DNA of 61,363 nt from Neovahlkampfia damariscottae (Eukaryota), in the NCBI GenBank assembly GCA_016618085.1, contig JABLTG010000128.1:1-61363 (forward strand), given 5' to 3'. The notes below the pieces were generated by a model. It ran no database searches and had not been told where the DNA came from. It worked only from the letters and a program-made list of their open reading frames with translations. Positions 1-12,979 of the stretch are shown here, in pieces. The translations under genes and the position numbers were made by a program. The first letter of the stretch is position 1. Each line of letters begins with the position of its first letter.

Positions 1-151
1 CGTCTTTGTCTCCCATACCAACCATGATTGATTTTTGTTTTGGTCTTCCAACGATAGATGGAAATACAGCTCTTGGAGCATCATCTCCAGCGAAACCTGC
101 TTTACACATACCTGAACCATTGTCTACAACTAATGCTTGAACGTCACCCAT
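1..151 (-). CDS. ACT: Actin, 5' part (runs off the left edge)
   Basis: Minus-strand translation from ATG 151: [50 protein letters not shown]. Not in the ORF track. Confidence 0.98.
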   Translation of the reverse strand, partial: MGDVQALVVDNGSGMCKAGFAGDDAPRAVFPSIVGRPKQKSIMVGMGDKD

Positions 152-463
152 GTTTACTCTTGTTTTTGTTTTGTTTTTTGGTGATTGGATAAATGAAAAA
201 TCTAGTTTTAAAAAAAGCAACTACAAAAATCATTGGTCAACGGATTTTTTCTACTTCAAATATCCAATGACAGAACATTTTCGGTTATTAGACCAATCAA
301 TTTTCTTAATTTTCGGTATTATTGTTTTTTCATATTCTTTATTTTTTATTCTTGGAAGTTTTGGAGAAAAAAATATTGCTTTTTTTTCTTCAAAATTTTG
401 CAACGTTTTCCCACCCCAAACAATCAAAAATCAAAGAATAATTCTTATGACGAATAACAGTGT

Positions 464-2361
464 TTATTTCAATGCTTTGTTCAATTTTTCATTTTTATTG
501 CATTCATCTTGAAATTCTTTCAAAGTTGAAAAGTAAGTTCTTTGTTTTGTGACTAATTTGTTGTAAGCGTCTTGTGCTCCATCTTTCTTTTTTGAAATTT
601 TTTCAATCTTTTTTTCAACAGCAGATTTTGATTGATTCACCGCGTCCAATGATTTTTTTGAGGTATCAATCAACCAATTCTTGTATTCTTTTGATATTTT
701 CTTTCCAATTGTTTTTTCATATCCTTCATTGATTGATGTCAATAAAGACATTTCTTTCTTCATGTAATCAAATACTTCTGATTCCGTATTATAAATATCA
801 TAATATTTTCTTGTTTCTTCCAATTTTAAAACGATTTGTTCGTATAATTCTTTGAACCTTTTTTCATATTGATTTAATTCAGTTCTTGTCGGGATATTAT
901 CAATTTTTCTTTGAACCAATGAAATTTCTCTGTTTTTTTTTGCATTTAATTTTTTGATTTTTTTTAATTTTTCAAAGTAAATTTCATTTGTGTCTTCAAT
1001 TTTTTTGAATTTTTGAAATTCTTCTGATGATTCTGAAAGCTCATATTGTTTTAATAATTTCTTGAATTCTGATAATTGATTTGAACAATTTAATTTAAAT
1101 TCAGCTTCTTGTTGTTTTAAACTTTCATTTAAATTGATTAATTTTTTTAATTCTCTTATATCATCACTATCTTCTTCATTTTCTTCATATTCATGAATTT
1201 TGTTTTCAATTTTTGCGTTGTAATTTAAATACTTTTCAACTTCTTCTTTTCTTTCATTTTTTTCTTTTGTCAATTCATCTAACTCTTTTTTCAATTTTAA
1301 AAATTCTCCTTTTTGATTTTCAATTTGTTTTTTTAATTGATTCGAAATCTGTTTAAATCTGAATTTTTCTTCATTTTTATCACCTTTAGCTAAATTCTCT
1401 TCTTTTAATTTTTGACTTTTCTTTTCATATTCTTCTTTTTCTTTTGAAATTTCTTCACTTCCATAAGATATAATTTTTGATAAATTTTGAGTTGAAAATT
1501 TTCCAACTTTGGTTAAATTTTCTTTTAATTCTTGTTGTTGTCTTTCTTCTTCTTCTTTTTTCTTTCTTTCTTCTTCCTCTTCTTCTTCTTCTTGTTGTTG
1601 ATTTTTAAATGTAGCTGTGCTAATCAAGAAAGTTAAAAAAAAAAAAAAATTCACTTTTCTTGACCATATTCTAAAAGTACACTTTGAACATGATGTTTAA
1701 TGGATCTTTTTGATTTCATTTTTGATTTAAATTTTCTTTTTGGAAAATATTCTCTTTCTAATTTTTCAAAATAACTTTCATTCACAGAAGTCTTTGAATT
1801 TGTTAAATTATTTTGTTTTTTTTACTATTTCTTTTTCATCTTTTGCATCTTCAAATTCTGTTTCAAAACGTAAAACTGAATATTTTCTCATTTTTTCTTT
1901 ATTTTCTTCTCTTGTTTCAAAGACTTTTAAAACTAACCATTGAATAACTTTGTAAAGTGGATCAAAATCTAAACCTTGAATTTGAACAGGTTGAATTTGA
2001 AATGGATATTTCATAAATTTTAAAGAAGTCAAAATAATTTCAGAAATTCTTTTCAAAAAGGTGTCAAAACAAGTTTCATTTTTTACCTAATTTTTTCACC
2101 AATGTTTGAATCTTCTTCAAATGAGACATCAACATCTACATCTACATTTGAATTTGAAATACACCAACATAAACCACCAACTACTTTATCAAATGGTGTG
2201 AGTGTTGAAATTCTAATTCTGAAGTAACCAGCAGCAAGAAGCATTTCTTTGATTGCTTCATATTTTGGAATATCTCTGTGTTTCATTCCTTTATATTCTG
2301 GTGTGATTTCTTCTTCATTTGTATTGTCAGCAACTGAATTTCTGTTGAATTGAGAAAACAT
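464..2361 (-). CDS. CCDC93: CCDC93 (CCC/Commander complex subunit), multi-exon
   Basis: [41 protein letters not shown] and [25 protein letters not shown] pieces are joined by short GT-AG introns. Confidence 0.9.
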
Positions 2362-2491
2362 TCTCCTCTTCTAAAATTTTTTATTGGTCACAAAGTTAAC
2401 CAATGATTTTATTTTAGTCACTAAGAAAAGTTATTTAATTTTTAATGAAACGAAAAATTTCTGTTTTTTTTTATCCCTCCAAAATATTTAT

Positions 2492-2498
2492 CCAATCA
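2492..2498 (+). promoter_or_regulatory. CCAATCA motif, representative of a recurrent host start-proximal element
   Basis: Also at 4262, 5634, 5651, 6811, 12963, 16404, 16937, 19257, 27034, 41443, 45165 and 52568 (+), and as TGATTGG at 22357 and 24399 for minus-strand genes. Confidence 0.8.
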
Positions 2499-2505
2499 AA
2501 CGAAA

Positions 2506-4209
2506 ATGTTCAGTTTTGAAGAAACACCAAGCAAACCAGAAGAACCAAAACAAGAAGAATTTCCAATTGATATTCATTATGAAAAATCAAAAGAATGGTT
2601 AATCAATCGTAAATTATTATGCAAAGAATGGCATGAAAATTTGAAAAAAATAAAACAATTAAAAAAACAAGCGCTACTTGATATGCCAGACAATGAAGAA
2701 ATCAATAAAATCATCTCTCAAGACCCAGATATAGACTATAACAATACAAAAAGAATCTTAGAAATTTTAGATCAAACAGAACCAAAAACGACTAGTTTTT
2801 TAGGTTTTTTCTGAAAAAAAAATTAAAATTTTAGGTTTTGGAGGAAATAAAAGAATAAAAACATGGACATATATTTTGAAGTTGTATGATTATGATAATG
2901 TCTACCTTGCTGAAATTATTTCAAATTTAGTTAACAAAGTTAACTTTGAAATGTAAACAACTCAAAAATTTAATTTCTTATTTTTAGACCTGCTAAAAAA
3001 AAAGATATTTCAAAATCAGTTACTTATTTAAATGATACCAACAGAAAAGAACAAGATTATGAAAAGAATTTAAAAGATTTTCAAGATCGTTATAAAAAAC
3101 AGATTGAAGCATTACACATCAAAGTAAAACTCAAAAAATAAAAATAAAATAAAAAGGGTGATAAAATAGAACAAGAAATTAGAGATTTAGTCAAAGAATT
3201 ACCAGATTGGTTTTCAAAAATTGAAAAAGAAATTCAAACAGAACAAGTAAAAAAATGCATCGAATATTACAATACATTCACAAAATACTTTCATAAAAAC
3301 AAATCTGATTTATTACCAACATTACAATTTTTTATCAAGAATGGAAATGTGTCTCATTTGGAATATAGAAAATATTTTGGTTTAGAGATTCCAAAAGTTG
3401 ACATGACAAAAGTTGAAGAATATGAAAAAAATATTGAAAAACAAGAAATTAAAGAAATCAAAGAAATTGATTGGAGTGCTCTTGATGACTCTGAAATTGT
3501 TGAAAATAAAGAAATTGTTGATATCAAATGGGAAGATGAAATTGAAACATCAAATGATATGGATGTTGGATTTTCAATGGATGATATTGATTTAGTTCAT
3601 TCAGGATTAGAAAATGAAACATTTGAAATAAAATGGGATGATGATGATAAAACAGGAATTTTAACAAATGATGATAAAAATATAAAATTAGTTTATCAAA
3701 TGAAAAAAGAAAGTTTATTAGAAAATGATGAATCAAGATTTAACTTTTTAAATGATATTTTAGAATTAGAATCTTTTTATCAGTTCAGAATTATGGAACA
3801 ATCAAAATCACAAGATTTAATGACATACATGAAAGATATTCCAAAAGAGATTTCTCATGAAACAAAATCTGATTTAAAGAATTATTTGAATTTTTTAAAA
3901 AAGATTATTGAAATTACCAATGATGAAAAATTTAAAGAATTGATTTTAATTAAAACATCGGAAAAATATGTTGAAAGAATTACAAATAATTTAAAACAAA
4001 ATTTAGAATTAATTGATAAAATGAAAAAGAATATTATCTTATCAGAAGAAAAAAAAAAGAGTTTAGAAGATGAAATTGAATCTCTTAAACCAGGTGTTGA
4101 GAGAATTATTAATGAAACAAAAGAAAATCAAGAATTTCTTCAAAATCAAATATCAAAATTATTAAAAGGTAGAAGAATTAATATTTATGGTGAAATTAAT
4201 AAAATTTGA
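2506..4209 (+). CDS. CDK5RAP3: CDK5RAP3/C53-like protein (UFM1 pathway), multi-exon
   Basis: N-terminal PIDIHYEK..EWLINRK, central acidic IDW/IKW motifs, C-terminal ISKLLKGRRINIYGEIN. Introns near 2804-2834, 2953-2987 and 3124-3156. Confidence 0.85.
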
Positions 4210-4312
4210 TTTTTGAGTCGTTGAGTTTCTCTTCGGTAAAAATTTCCATTTTTGATATTGACCAATCATTTTTTACCTTTCTAATTCAATCAATTTCAGA
4301 GTTCAATAAAAC

Positions 4313-5595
4313 ATGTCAGAGGAATTAGATAATAAAATCTATGAAAGTCTTTCAGAAGAATCTTATGTTGACAGTCAAAATATGTCATTTGATGATTCTC
4401 AAGTTTCAATTTTATCAGAATTTGTAAAACAGTTAAAACCAGGAGTTGAATTATTTCGTATTTCTGTACCTGCTGTAATTTTACAACCATGTTCATTATT
4501 AGAAAAAAATAGTACATATGTTCGTCCAAATAAATTGATTCTTGACATTAAAAAAGAAACATCAAAAGAAAAAAGATTTATTCAAGTACTTTCATGGGTT
4601 CTTTCAAATTATTCAACTGTACCAAGAAAAGGTATTTATGGTTGCAAACCATACAATCCAAGTTTGTTTCATTTTCATCACTAATACACCTTTTAAACAG
4701 TCTTAGGAGAAGTATTTGAATGTATTTGGGAACATGATGATTCACAAACTATTTATGTTTCAGAACAAGTTTCTCATCATCCACCAATCACAGCTTTTTA
4801 TTTAATCAATGAAAAAGCAGGTTTTGCTTTCTCAGGTTTGAAAAATTTAAAAAATTAAAAAGAAAAGGTCATGTAAATCCAAAACAAACTTTTTCTGTCA
4901 ACAGTGTAGAAACAGTACTTGAAGGTCAAATGCGTATTGATTTATCAGAAACAAAAGAACAATTCATTTGGAAACCACAAACTGTTAGTGTAAGTGGTAT
5001 TTTCATGGGTGAACAATCAATTCAATTTTGTGATCAAGCTGTATTAATTTCAAAAGATTATAAAGCTACAGTTGATTTTTATGTAAACGTATGAAGAAAT
5101 CAAGTTTTTTTTAATTTTTTTTTTTAGAAAGACAATCAATTGGATGGTGGAATTTATGATTTAAATTCAAAAAAAAGAATTTTTTCAATTAATGGAAACG
5201 TTGATGATAAAGTTTATCTTACTTCTTCAACTACAGGCTCAAAAAAAGTGTTACATGATTCAAAAGAATTGAAATTTCCAAAAGTAACAGTAGAAGATGT
5301 TTCCAAACAATCACCAAATTCAAGTAGAAGAAATTGGCACAAGTTAACGAAAGCATTAGTTGAAAAAGACTTTGAAAAAGCAAATGTAGAAAAGAACATT
5401 GTAGAAGAAAGAGAAAGAGCAATTAGAAAAGAAAGAAAAGAAAAAGGTGAAGTTTGGAAACCAGTTTTATTCCAAAAAAATGAAAACAACAATTGGGTCT
5501 ATAAGAAATCAAAATTACCAAAAGAAGAAGATATTGTTGAAGTCAATCAAGAAGATAAATCATGGGGTGGTTATATTTCTTCTTTTTTTTATTGA
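4313..5595 (+). CDS. Oxysterol-binding protein (ORD-only), multi-exon
   Basis: ISVPAVILQPCSLLEK, KPYNP/VLGE and the signature EQVSHHPP near 4762-4785. Confidence 0.93.
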
Positions 5596-5689
5596 AAAAA
5601 AAATTAAAAATTTTTTGCATTGTTTTTTATGAGCCAATCATTTGGTTACACCAATCATTTTAGAAGTTCAACTTAGCAACGTTAACTAA

Positions 5690-6740
5690 ATGATGAACAA
5701 CCAAAATTTTCAACAAAATTCATTTCAGCAACAACCTTTACTCGGAGTACCATATGTTGGTTCAAAAATTTGTCTTGTTTCAAGAAGCGGTTTTCGTTAT
5801 GAAGGAGTTTTATACTCTATCGATTCAAATTCCTCAACTGTCGCTCTCAGAGATGGTTTGAAAGTAGAATTGATTAATTTTTAAATTAGTTACGATCCAT
5901 GGAAAAGATGGAAATCCAATTCCAGGTTCAAAGAAATACGACTATATTGTTTTTAAAGGAAGTGATATTCAAGATTTGTCTGTTATATCACCACCATCAC
6001 CTTTAGGTCAAAATATGAATCAATTTAATTCACCTTATGGTGGAACTTTTGGTGGTGGTTATGGTGGTTATGGTGGTTATAATTCTTATCAACAATATCC
6101 TCAACAACAACAACAACAACAACAATTTCAACAAACTCAAAATCTTCAACAACAACAACAATTTCAACAAAAACCTATTCAAACACAACAAACTGAACAA
6201 ACTGTTCAAAAACCTGTTGAAAAAAAATCGGTTATTTCTGAAGAAACACAAAAGAAACAACAACAACAACAACAACAAAAACAAAAGAAACAACCAAAAA
6301 AAAAATTTGATACAAAGAATGAAAAAAACGTTGTAGTTAAACCAATAACTCAAGAAGATAAACAGAAACCTAAAAAGAATCAAAACCAAAACCCAACACA
6401 ACAAACAGTTCAACAAAAAAAAACAGAAAAATTTGATACAGATTTTGATTTTGCTGGAAATTTAAAAAAATTAAATATTCAAGATGATGTAGAATTGTTA
6501 AAAATTAAAGAAGAAGTAAAATCAACTTATAACAAAGAAACTTCATTTTTTGATACTATTTCACGTGATCAAAAACAAGAAAGAATTCAAAAACAAGAAA
6601 GAGATGATCAAAGAAAAAGAGACACTGAAACTTTTGGTTCAAGTTATGTTAAAACTTATCGTTCAAATAATTATAAAAAAAATTATCATAAAAAAAATTA
6701 TCCAAATAAAAATCAAAAAAAAAAAGAAAATCAACAATAA
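5690..6740 (+). CDS. LSM14: LSM14/Scd6 family P-body protein
   Basis: Lsm domain [25 protein letters not shown], a Q-rich linker, then FDF (DFDF), FFD (SFFDTIS) and TFG (DTETFG) boxes. One intron. Confidence 0.92.
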
Positions 6741-6863
6741 AAAAAATAAAAATTTTTTTTTTGTTAATGTGGAAAAGAGAGTACTTTTTTTGGTGATTTT
6801 TTTTTTTTATCCAATCAATTCATTTTTGTCGTTTTACATTGTTATACGTTGAGACAATTTGTT

Positions 6864-7932
6864 ATGTCAAAACACGAAGATCCAAAGAACTGGAAATTGG
6901 AGCATTTTGATTTTGTTGATACTATTGGGGCTGGTACTTTTGGTAAAGTAAAACTGGCTCAGCACATGGTGAGTTTAAAAAAAAAAAAAAAAAAATTAAT
7001 GCAAAATGATTTTTAAAGGTCACAGGAAAATATTATGCATGTAAAGTACTACGAAAAGATAAAATTATGAAACTAAAACAAGTTGAGCATATCATGAACG
7101 AAAAAAGAGTGCTTGAATTATTAGATTCTCCTTTTGTCGTCAAGTTATATCGCACTTTTCAAGATGATGAAAGAATATACATCTTTATGGAATGTATTGT
7201 TGGTGGTGAATTATTTTCTCATCTACGTAAAGCAGGACGCTTTCCAAACGATGTTTGCAAATTTTTCGCTGCAGAAATAGTTTTAGCTCTTGAAAATATG
7301 CATTCAAAAGGAATTATGTATCGTGACTTAAAACCAGAAAATATTTTATTAGATACAACTGGACATATCAAAGTTACTGATTTTGGTTTTGCGAAATTAT
7401 TAGAAGACGGAGAAAGAGCATGGACATTATGTGGTACACCTGAATATCTTAGTCCTGAAATTATTCTTTCAAAAGGACACGGAAAACCTGTAGGTAAGAA
7501 AAAAACCTTTTTTTTTTTTTTTACCAATTAAAAGACTGGTGGGCATTAGGTATTTTAATTTACGAAATGATTGTTGGATATCCACCTTTTTTTGATCAAA
7601 CACCTTTTAAAATATATGAAAAAATTTTAGTTGGTAAAGTAGAATATCCAACATTCATGGATCCAAATGCCAAAGACCTTATTAAAAGTTTATTAATGAA
7701 AGATAAATCAAAAAGACTTGGAAATTTAAAAGGTGGTATTGAAGACATAAAAACACATAAATGGTTTAAAGGTGTCAATTGGAAAGCATTAGAAAGTTTA
7801 AAGATTGGAGCTCCAATTAGACCACAAGTGTCAGGTACAGATGATTTGAGATATTATGATGAATGTTCTGATTCTTTAGAATATGATGAAGAAGATATTG
7901 ATGTTGAACAAGATTTATTCAAAGATTTTTAA
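6864..7932 (+). CDS. cAMP-dependent protein kinase catalytic subunit (PKA-C-like)
   Basis: GAGTFGKV, YRDLKPEN, DFGFAK, WTLCGTPEY and C-terminal FKDF. Two introns. Confidence 0.92.
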
Positions 7933-8031
7933 ATTTTTTAAAAAATAAAAAATTCTTTTTCTTTTACCAATAGAATTCTTCCACCAATTAAATTTTAGTT
8001 TACAACCAAACAAGAAGAGAAACAAAAATTT

Positions 8032-10465
8032 ATGTCAACTTCAACTGTTAAAAATAAAGCAGTAGCTCTATATGACTTTCAAACTGGTGATAAAAATCAC
8101 ATGCCAATGACAAGTTTTTTTTTTTTATTTTTTTAATTAAACAACTTAAAATTAGCTGGTGAAGAATTTATCATTTTGAATGATTCAAATCCAGATTGGG
8201 TTTTAGTTAAAAAAGAAAAAAAGAAAGGATATGTTCCAAGGAATTATGTTGATATCAAACCAATGGTAATCGAAACAACTGAAGTAACAACAATACCAAC
8301 TTCACCTTCATCTTCACGAAGTTCAAATTCTCCGGTATCTATTAATGTAACCACACCAACAACAAAATCAATATCACCAACTGATCCAAAACTTGAAATT
8401 GTTAAAAAACCTTTACGTTCAAAATCTGGTGCTTCTCCTCAAACAGTTATTCAAAAAAAAAGAATTAAAATTTCATCAAAAAAATTAACAACAGAAACTG
8501 ATATAGCAACAAATATTAATTCAATAGAAACTTCAAAAGAAGAAGATGATGAAGTTTCTCAATTAACAGCTCAAAAGTCAGATAGTGAAATCACTCCAGA
8601 AACAAATGTTTTGAAAAAACAAAGGAATCCAACTATTTCAACAAGATTAGAACAAAATGGTGATGGTAGAGATTCTCCTTCGAATGAATACAAAAGAAAT
8701 GCTTCAACTCTTCAAAGAGAAGGTTCTTTGCTCACAGCAAGAAAAACAGATGCAAGAAAATCAAAAGCTCCAAACATGTTATCCTTTTTACCATCAAATT
8801 CAAAATATGTTCCGAACAGTAATATCAAGTAAGTCAAAAAAAAAAAAAAAAAATTTTTTAACACAAAAATCAAAACAGAAAAATGATGTCTAGATCAGAA
8901 GCTAGTTCAATTATTCAAAAATTTACACGTCAAAGATTAACAGGTGCCAAATTTAGAGACCTCTACAAAAAAGATAAACTTTTTAAAGATCGAAGAATCA
9001 GAAAACAACTTATTGATGAAATTTATGATACAGAAAAAGAATATGTCAACTCTTTAGATATAATTATGTCAATTTATTATCTTCCTTTGAAAAAAAAGAA
9101 ATATCTTGAACAAGAACATATCGATCAAATTTTTGGTTCTTTGCCTTCCATTCAAGGATTACAACAAAATTTATTAACTCAAATGGATGTTCAAATGAAA
9201 AACTATACACCATTAATTGGTAAAGTCTTTGTTGATATGGTACAAAAAAAAAAATGAACTTTTTTGATAGGCATTGTATTTAAAAATTTATCCTGAATAT
9301 ATTAATGGATTTGATGAAGCAAGTGCATTATTAGAAGAATTATGCGAATCAAAAAAAGGTTTAGGTTCATTTTTAGAGAAGCAAAGTGCAGCACCAGAAT
9401 GTGAAGGGTTACCGATTCAAGGATTTTTAATTAAACCTGTTCAAAGAATTCCAAGATACAAATTACTTTTAAGAGATTTATTAAAAGTAACACCGACCAA
9501 TCATATTGATTATGAAAATCTAAAAATAGCTTTTGAAAAAATTGATTTTGTTGCCGGATTTGTTAATGAACAAAAAAGAGCAGCAGAAAATCAAAAAATT
9601 GTTTTACAGTTAAGTTCAAAATTAGATCAAGAAACACAAGAAATTATTTTAAAACCAAATAGAAGATTAATTCAACGGGGAAATTTAAAAATTAATGGTG
9701 TCATTTTGGAGAATGAATTTGATAACGGAAAACCATCAAAAGAGGAAGATGTAGCTCAGTTAACACATTTTGGTAAAGTAATAGGTGATTATCAATGTTA
9801 TTTATTCACTGATATGTTACTCTTAATAAAAGAATCAACTAGAAAAGAAACAGTTGAAACACTTTCAATTCATTTTGAATTCTCAACTTTTGATTCTAAA
9901 ACTGAAGGAAAATTATTACTTACATCAATTATTTCAGGAACAAGAATTTTATTTACAATAATTTGTGAACAAAATGAAAGAGAGTCTTGGGTAAAATCAT
10001 TCAATAAAGCTGTAGAAGATTCAAAAGAGAGAGCGTGCAAATATGGAAATTTGGAAGCACATCAACTTGAAGAACTTGAAGAAGATAAATTTTATGCACA
10101 TACTTTTCTTCCAGGTGCTCTAAAAAAGTAAAAAAAAAAAAACAAAATTAATTTTTAGAAAAAAACATCTTGAAGAAAGACATAAACATAAAATGACACA
10201 AATTTCAGCTTTAGCACAAACATTAGAATTGAATAAAGAAAAATTGAGAAAATTATCAGAATTAATTGTTGAACAAACAGACGAATTACATACAATGAAA
10301 GAAGATGAAAGAGCACAAAAAGTTTCATTAGAAGATTTAACCAATCAAGTTGAAGATACAAAAAAGAAAAGTATTGAATTGGATAAAATTATTTTTGAAA
10401 TTTTAAATCAAGATGTTGATAAATTTAAAGATGTCTATGCTCATGATCCAGTTAAATTATTGTAA
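8032..10465 (+). CDS. SH3 + IQ-like + DH-PH RhoGEF with C-terminal coiled coil, multi-exon
   Basis: SH3 (AVALYDF...DWVLV...GYVPRNYV), IQKFTR, DH (EIYDTEKEYV, LIKPVQRIPRYKLLL) and a PH-like segment (CYLFTDMLLL). Confidence 0.88.
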
Positions 10466-10480
10466 TAAAAAAAATTCTAT

Positions 10481-11459
10481 TTATAAAATAACTTTTAAAA
10501 TATCGATTATATGAGGTTCTAATAATTCAAGTGAATACATGAAAGTAATTCCGACAAGAATTCCAGTTGACATTATAAAAAATGATTTTTTTTTTGTTGT
10601 TTCTTCAATTACTTCTGGGAGCATATCAACACAACTTATATAAATGAATGATCCTGCTGTCATTCCGATGATTAAGTTTTCTGAATTTTTTAAAATTGAA
10701 CCAAAAAAGAATCCAAAAAAACACCCAAGGACACATAAAAGTCCACAAACTAAATTTGAAATAATTGCAAATTTATAAGAAAAACCGGCTGAGAGTAAAA
10801 CACCAAAGTCACTAAATTCTTGTGGTATTTCATGGAATATAATGGCAACAGTACTTGCAACACCAATTCTTGTTCCAATCATGAAAGCACTTGCAATTCC
10901 AATACCATCAATAAAATTATGAATTCCATCACTTAAATATAAGTATATTTTTGTTGTTTAACCTTAATAAATTCAAATAACCAAAAACTTTTATAGTTTC
11001 TTCTTGTTCTTTTTTTTCTTTTTTTTTCTTTTTTTTTTCCATTTGAATTTTCAAAATAATTTCAAAAAATAAACAAAAAAAGAAACCAAATAAAATCATA
11101 AAACAGTTCATTTTTTGATTTTTTTCATCATGAAAAATTATTGGTAAAAGATGTAAAATTGAATCTCCGAGCATTGAACCTTAAAAAGTGAAGTTGAGTT
11201 TTTTGAAGAAAAAAAAGTTACCTATGGCCATAGATGACAAGAAATTTAATAAATTTGATGATTGAATTTTAAATAATAAAAGTCCTACAAGTGAAACTAA
11301 ACTAATTATTGTACATGATATTATGGCTAATAATTTTCTTGATGCCAGAGAAAAAGGTTCTGGTTTTTTTGATAATTCCTTTTTTATGTCATGATTATGG
11401 TCTCCATGTGATAAAGTTATTGCCATTAAACAAAAAAATAAAACCAGCAAGAGCTTCAT
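10481..11459 (-). CDS. ZIP (SLC39, LIV-1/ZIP7-like) zinc transporter
   Basis: Signal peptide followed by His-rich HGDHNHD, then LGDSILHLLP, IHNFIDG and FHEIPQEFSDFGVLL. Two introns. Confidence 0.92.
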
Positions 11460-11746
11460 TTTTGTTGTTTTATTTCGGAAGAACTGGAGGAGATTGATTG
11501 GACGAATTGTATACAGTATTTATTTCTAATTTTCAAATCCAAGAGTTGTTTTTTTTCTGAGTTCAAGAAGATATTTGGTCAGAAAAAGACAAAGTCGACC
11601 AATCAACTAAACTTGTTCCAAATGAAGAAAAATTGGAAGTTGACAATACTGCTTCTGTATCAATGGAATAAAAGTTTTCAATTTTTGAATCAATTTTAAA
11701 AGAGCTATTTTTTTTCAAATTTGAATTAAACAGAATTTTATTTTTT

Positions 11747-11958
11747 TTATGATGATGTTACCACCCAAAGAGCATGAATAATTGATAATAAACCAAATGA
11801 TAAGAATAAAAGAACTATGTTTAAAATGAATTGACTTGGAAAAACTGTTAATTTTTTTTTTTCATTTACAGTCCACAACCTCCACCACGGCCTGGATGTA
11901 ACAAAATCGCTACTGGTGGAAGAAAGATTGCCAATACTATCATTAAAAGAGTTGCCAT
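11747..11958 (-). CDS. Pmp3/UPF0057 family small membrane proteolipid
   Basis: MATLLMIVLAIFLPPVAILL...FILNIVLLFLSFGLLSIIHALWVV*. One intron; the obvious GTAAAT donor leaves a 1-nt phase mismatch at a T5 run. Not in the ORF track. Confidence 0.75.
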
Positions 11959-12149
11959 TTTGTTTTGTTTTTTTCTGGGTATTCGATTGGATGTAATTGA
12001 CAGCCCAATCAAAATAAAATAAAGTTTCTAAAACTTAAGGAAATGCAATTTTTATTTGATTACTGAAAAATACGTTGGCCAAAAGAAAATGACAATGATC
12101 GTTGAACAACACTGATAAATTATTGGACGGTTTTTTCAAACTGTGAGCG

Positions 12150-12209
12150 CCAATCATTTTGCTTTGGAATCGAAAAACCAATGATGTACCAGCAAAGAAA
12201 CTATAAATA
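12150..12209 (+). promoter_or_regulatory. CCAAT-CCAAT-TATA promoter upstream of ORF 12249
   Basis: CCAATCA near 12150, CCAATGA near 12178 and TATAAATA at 12202-12209, about 40 nt before the ATG. Confidence 0.55.
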
Positions 12210-12248
12210 CAAGCAATATTTTGAATTACATAACTTGAAACATAACAA

Positions 12249-12839
12249 ATGAGCTTCGAAATACAACAACAAGACTTTACCTTCACAAATTTTTTTGATG
12301 ACTTCTCTGATGCTGAACACCTTCCACTGTTAGTAGAAGATCCGTTAAATCTTTCAGATTTTGGAGGTAATTTTATGCATGAAGTCTGGCAAGAACTTGA
12401 AGAAATCACAAAATTGTCTCCAAAACCAATTCTCACTGAAAACGTTTATCATTCAACAAAAGAAGATTTTAAAAATTTCATTCCTTTAATTGCAAATATC
12501 CCTTTATTTGTTGATGAATCAAATCCTACAAAAATTGAAAAACAACAAAAAACAAAAAACACCATCAGCTTCACCTCTGGAATGGCAGGTAAAAAAAGGA
12601 ATTTCAAAAATGATAAAATTCGATCAATTCTACCAAAAAGATGTGGAGACGTTAATTGTAAACATAGTCAACACTTCAAGTCTGAAAAAGAAGCAATTGA
12701 AAATAAAAGCAAATTCAAGTTTCAACAAGGAAGAAGCACTTGTTGTACTTGCGGAAAAACTATTCAATATCGAGTTGGTCAAAAATGGCTGAGAAGTGGA
12801 GGTTTATCAGCTCATCTCCAAAAATATGGAAATAAATGA
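12249..12839 (+). CDS. Hypothetical protein with acidic N-terminus and basic Cys/His-rich C-terminus
   Basis: Intronless 196-aa ORF with CGDVNCKHSQH...CCTCGK...H. Preceded by two CCAAT boxes and TATAAATA. Confidence 0.65.
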   Translation: MSFEIQQQDFTFTNFFDDFSDAEHLPLLVEDPLNLSDFGGNFMHEVWQELEEITKLSPKPILTENVYHSTKEDFKNFIPLIANIPLFVDESNPTKIEKQQKTKNTISFTSGMAGKKRNFKNDKIRSILPKRCGDVNCKHSQHFKSEKEAIENKSKFKFQQGRSTCCTCGKTIQYRVGQKWLRSGGLSAHLQKYGNK

Positions 12840-12979
12840 TTAAAATTTTTATTTTAAAAGTTATTACTTGTGACGCAATTAGATGATCGGAATTAGCAAA
12901 ACATATTTCGGAGAATTTTTTTCTTTTGTGGAGATAAATCCTATTGGTCTGTTTACCATAAACCAATCAAAAAAAAATT

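Noticed and set aside
150..512. ORF-track ORFs 150..512 and 233..457, and the many short antisense or alternate-frame F/L/K-rich ORFs across the window
   Set aside because: They are shadows of AT-rich intergenic DNA or of real genes on the other strand or frame, with no motifs and mostly non-ATG starts.
6100..6290. CAA tandem repeats
   Set aside because: They encode poly-Q tracts within LSM14, which is ordinary low-complexity coding sequence.
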